A stretch of 52,897 bases of DNA. It comes from an uncultured Myxococcales bacterium (lineage in GTDB: Bacteria > Myxococcota_A > Bradymonadia > REDH01). Made by a program: the position numbers and the translations under genes. The stretch spans positions 1 through 52,897 of the forward strand of contig CAZFPM010000009.1 in assembly GCA_964520965.1 (NCBI GenBank), written 5' to 3'. The notes below the pieces were generated by a model. The model saw nothing but the letters and a program-made list of their open reading frames with translations, did no database searches and was not told where the DNA came from. Below, in pieces: positions 50,301 through 52,897 of the stretch; position 1 is the stretch's first letter; each line of letters begins with the position of its first letter.

Positions 50301-50999
50301 GCGGTGCCACGCCTCGCGCGCGGCCTCGAACTCCACGAAGAGCGCGTCGAAGTCGAAGTCGGGCTTGCTCACGGTGTCTGGCAGGACCGGCATCTCCGGG
50401 TCCTGGCAGACCTGCCTCACGAGGGGGACCAGCGCCCGCGGCGTCAGCTCCTGCCGCTGCAGGTAGCGCAGGAATATCGGCGGCGCCTGGTGCTGCGCGT
50501 CGACCCAGTAGTCCTCGACGACGCCGACGATCACGTCGGCCGGATCGCCGATCAGCTCCGTATCGAAGACCAGCCCGCTCTCGAAGGCGTTCTCCTGCAG
50601 AACCCGCTGACAGAATCCGTGGATCGTCGAGATCGACGCCTCGTCGAAGAGCGACAGCGCGTGCTGCAGCCGTCGCCGTCCCTCGTCGCGGAGATCCTCT
50701 GCCCGAGCGCGCGCGAGGAGGGCGGCGATCGTCAGATCGTCCGGCGGGTCCTCGTCGCGGGCGAACGCCTCGTACGCACGTCGGATTCGGCCGCGCACCC
50801 GGGCTTGGAGCTCGGCGGTGGCGGCCTCGGTGAACGTCACGACGAGGAGGCGCTCGATGGGGAAGCCCCGCTCGACGATCAGCCGCAGGATCAATGACGT
50901 GATCGTGTAGGTCTTTCCTGTCCCCGCGCTCGCCTCGACCAGCGTGACGCCCGGCTCCATGGGCGCGTCGATGCCGATGTCCTTGCCGGGAGCCTTCAC
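47337..50999 (-). CDS. recB: Exodeoxyribonuclease V beta subunit RecB (UvrD-type helicase + PD-(D/E)XK nuclease)
   Basis: VEASAGTGKTYTI, IDEFQDTDPVQY, MTVHKSKGLEFPLVYVP. C-terminal nuclease GSIDLLFEHGGRWWVADYKTN. The GTG at 50997-50999 overlaps the recC TGA. The tracked N-terminal 154 aa overlap recC. Confidence 0.93.
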   Translation of the reverse strand: MKAPGKDIGIDAPMEPGVTLVEASAGTGKTYTITSLILRLIVERGFPIERLLVVTFTEAATAELQARVRGRIRRAYEAFARDEDPPDDLTIAALLARARAEDLRDEGRRRLQHALSLFDEASISTIHGFCQRVLQENAFESGLVFDTELIGDPADVIVGVVEDYWVDAQHQAPPIFLRYLQRQELTPRALVPLVRQVCQDPEMPVLPDTVSKPDFDFDALFVEFEAAREAWHRDGMELVEQLAAAADRGTLNRGTYRRDRIEKRGRETTAWFAADPSLLLKIDRVDVFGRAHVVGRTNKGKTTPEHPLLEQIDSLLTAWHAAETVLSAWRLAFERELVRFARREVPARKRRARVQSFDDLLHDLDRALRGDGGDRLADAIRRRYDAVLIDEFQDTDPVQYAIFERLFALASRPDGDGLLFLVGDPKQAIYGFRGADIFAYLGAARRAGEPFSLDTNRRSTPGLVAAVNTLFRAPGVFVLDDIHHPDVSTPDDARGPLVVNGRERPPLQILVVEPPESGPGPRISLPARVARQISRLLQAETLVDGRRVGPGDIAVLTRSNREGRDVHGALLDAGVPAVIRDGTSVFTSGDAEELRQILQAVMEPTRIDRVRAAITTHLFGRTGDELAAMERDPDTWEQTIDRFRGWHDTWLTRGFASMFRSLLDEPLPAAPDSADSRPGGLPARLLGRPDGERRMTNLLHLSELLHEAEANERLSPPGVVRWLIARQRTGGDDDATELRMEKDDDAVHVMTVHKSKGLEFPLVYVPFASKASRGAASAGTPIRFHDPEDERRTKLDMGSEDHGTHADVAAEESFAEDVRLLYVAITRAQYRCSLIWDTSARADRYARSPLAWLLFHPDDARATPGEVRDHVHHLGSGPMWATFDALTTRSDGAIEACKTYDKDVPPYEATEGREGELRARHFSRHAFPWRVSSYSGLIRHRDPGEPAGDRPGDDETTPDDLPPDIEGGERVPFADFPAGRRAGRCIHRIFEELDFADVDAGLPIIEEQLGRFGFDAKRWTTTVNEMVADTVATPLNDSGMRLADIAAGRRLNELDFVFPVRRRGSLPVSPARLAAVLRTAGGDEFTGLAERTAELGFAAFEGYLKGSIDLLFEHGGRWWVADYKTNRLGDTVDRYRTGRLAEAMRHGQYDLQALLYTVALHRFLSVRLSDYAYERHVGGALYLFVRGMAPARGPITGVYETRVPFAVVEAVDALFAGGTP

Positions 51000-52897
51000 A
51001 GCTTCTCCTCGCGGGCGTCGATCAGCGGCCGGAACACCCGGTCGGCCAATTCCTTGAACGAAGCGTCCGCCGCTGTCGGGAGCCCACCCCGCGGGAAGTC
51101 GGTGTCGAGGGGGCTCTGGCGGCCGAATACCCGGGCGACATAGGGGTCTGCGCTCTCGCCCGGCGGTCCGTTGAACGTGCCGAACCACGCGTCGCGCGTC
51201 GGCCGATCGGCCTTCCACGCGTCGCGCTCGATGTGGCTCATCAGCGCGCTCTGCCACGCGTACGACGTCCGCGGGAAGAGCAGGAGCGGCTCGGATCGGC
51301 CGATCGCCCGCAGCCGGACGAGGCGCGCGAGCACCTCGTTCGCCTCCGGCATCGGGCCGAAGCGAACCACCTCGACGGTGCGGGGCGAGCTGTGTCCGCC
51401 GGCGTGGGCGGCCCGGCCGATCAACACGCTCGAGAACTCCCGCTCCGGAGACGCCGCGCACGCCGCGAGGTGCTCGATCCAGAGGGAGAGCAGCCCCCGG
51501 GCGCTGACACGGGCGTATTGATGGCGCACGAGGCGGCCGGCGAACACGTCGCGGATGCGGCCGACGACGCGGCCATGACCGGTGTCGATGTCGACCTCCA
51601 GCGCGCTGTCCGCTCCGGCGCTGCGGTAGTGCTCGACGAAGCGATCGAGCGGCGCGACCTGCTGGGCGAGCCAGGCGTGGGTCGTGCGTCCGGGCTGGCC
51701 GAGCGGGAGCACGCCCTCGGCGCGCACCGGCTCGTAGGTGTCGGGCAGGGCCTGGCCGTCGACCGCGCGGGCGAGAAGCTCGCCGGCGATGATCGCCTGC
51801 TCCAGGCGGTCGAGGACGATCGGCTCGCGATCGAGAAGCGGGTCGTCCGGATCGGTCAGCGTCAGACCGAGCGTCTCGCGGCAGAAGGAGCGGACGGGGT
51901 GGCGGAAGAAGGCGATCAGGTCGGCCAGCGGGACCACCGGCTCGGGGTCGACGTCGAGCGGTCGATCGATGAACACCGGCGGCTCGGCGCGAGACCCGAG
52001 CGCCGAGCGCGCCGACGCGACGTACGCCTCGGCGAAGCTGAACAGCGGTCCCTCGCCGTGGAAGTAGCGGTGTGAGAAGGGTTGCAGGGGGTGGTTGACG
52101 ACCCAGGGCGCGTGCGGCCTCTCCTCACCCACGGTGTCGTACGTCTCCGCCAACGTATCGAGGAGCTCGGTGACGACGACGGAAGGCGGCAGCGGCTTGT
52201 TGTCGCGGATTCCGTGGCCCCGGTAGGTGATTAGCAGGCGCCGGCGAGCCGATAGCAGGGCCTCGAGGAAGAGGTAGCGATCGTCGTCCCGGAGCGAGCG
52301 GTCCCCGACCAGCGGCATCTTGACCGCGAGGTCGAACTCGAGCCGCGTGCTCCGGCGCGGAAACGCCCGCTCCTCCATGCCGAGCAGGCAGACGACCTCG
52401 AACGGGATCGCCCGCATCGGGAGGCTCTGGCAGAAGGTGACCCCGCCCGAGAGGAAGCCGTGGGGGGCGGCATCGCGCTCGAGCGCCCCGTCGAGCGCGA
52501 CCCGGGCAACGTCGAGGGGCACGGATTCGCTCGCGCCGGCCGCCTCGGTCTCCGCCTCGATCTCGGCCAACACGCCTCGCACGTGCTCGTGCTGCCACGC
52601 GTTGTCGTCGGTGGCCGCCGCGACGGTGCCGAGCGCGTCAGCGATGTCCCGGCACCACCGTGGCATCGACCGCGGCTCGGAGAGGCGCTCCGCGAGGCCG
52701 AACATCGCCTCGGCGAAGCCTGCCAATCGCCCAGCGAGCCGCGCGTCGTCGCCTTCCAGGGGGTCGTAGGGCCGCACGCCGCAGAAGAGGGCGTCGTCGT
52801 CCCCCCGCATCGCCACGCCGAGCATCATGCGATCGAGGCCGAACCGCCAGGTGTTCTGATCGTACGCCGGCTGGTCGCAGCGCGCGCGGTGTGCAGC
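50996..52897 (-). CDS. recC: Exodeoxyribonuclease V gamma subunit RecC (C-terminal ~630 aa; the N-terminus lies outside the window)
   Basis: The frame is open to the window edge (AAHRARCDQPAYDQNTWRFGLDRMMLG...). It sits immediately upstream of, and translationally coupled to, recB. Size and composition are consistent with RecC. Confidence 0.8.
   Translation of the reverse strand, partial: AAHRARCDQPAYDQNTWRFGLDRMMLGVAMRGDDDALFCGVRPYDPLEGDDARLAGRLAGFAEAMFGLAERLSEPRSMPRWCRDIADALGTVAAATDDNAWQHEHVRGVLAEIEAETEAAGASESVPLDVARVALDGALERDAAPHGFLSGGVTFCQSLPMRAIPFEVVCLLGMEERAFPRRSTRLEFDLAVKMPLVGDRSLRDDDRYLFLEALLSARRRLLITYRGHGIRDNKPLPPSVVVTELLDTLAETYDTVGEERPHAPWVVNHPLQPFSHRYFHGEGPLFSFAEAYVASARSALGSRAEPPVFIDRPLDVDPEPVVPLADLIAFFRHPVRSFCRETLGLTLTDPDDPLLDREPIVLDRLEQAIIAGELLARAVDGQALPDTYEPVRAEGVLPLGQPGRTTHAWLAQQVAPLDRFVEHYRSAGADSALEVDIDTGHGRVVGRIRDVFAGRLVRHQYARVSARGLLSLWIEHLAACAASPEREFSSVLIGRAAHAGGHSSPRTVEVVRFGPMPEANEVLARLVRLRAIGRSEPLLLFPRTSYAWQSALMSHIERDAWKADRPTRDAWFGTFNGPPGESADPYVARVFGRQSPLDTDFPRGGLPTAADASFKELADRVFRPLIDAREEKL

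Overview
High-GC (about 68-70% by eye) bacterial chromosomal segment. The gene content fits a Myxococcota / delta-proteobacterial-type genome: many Cys-rich DNDCDG-motif lipoproteins, a MYXO-CTERM-like tail and a TIGR02147-type protein. Many long antisense 'shadow' ORFs in the track are artefacts of the GC content. The minus-strand housekeeping block is rpmH-rnpA-yidD-yidC-jag-mnmE-gyrB, followed by a hypothetical gene, a DnaC/DnaI-like AAA+ ATPase and an SDR. At the right edge, recC (partial)-recB-recD and a SAM methyltransferase are all joined by 4-nt start/stop overlaps. Other ordinary genes are an M1 aminopeptidase, a crotonase, an AI-2E transporter, two paralogous MMPL/RND exporters, a sulfotransferase and a VIT-vWA protein. 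The most interesting accessory parts are three. (1) A roughly 2-kb lower-GC cassette (about 7434-9461) encodes a phage-type DUF5131 (Gp37/Gp68, three-Cys) protein, its TcmP partner and a small wHTH-like ORF, bracketed by imperfect 20-bp inverted repeats. No function has been assigned to this pair as far as I know. (2) A transglutaminase-7TM + RimK-like ATP-grasp + TPR operon lies beside an MMPL exporter and a VIT-vWA protein. (3) A roughly 1600-codon Cys-rich lipoprotein gene is interrupted by one in-frame TAG and flanked by a 31/32-bp direct repeat. Several reading-frame anomalies coincide with G/C homopolymer runs, so assembly error must be excluded before calling pseudogenes. I found no rRNA, tRNA, CRISPR array or transposase.
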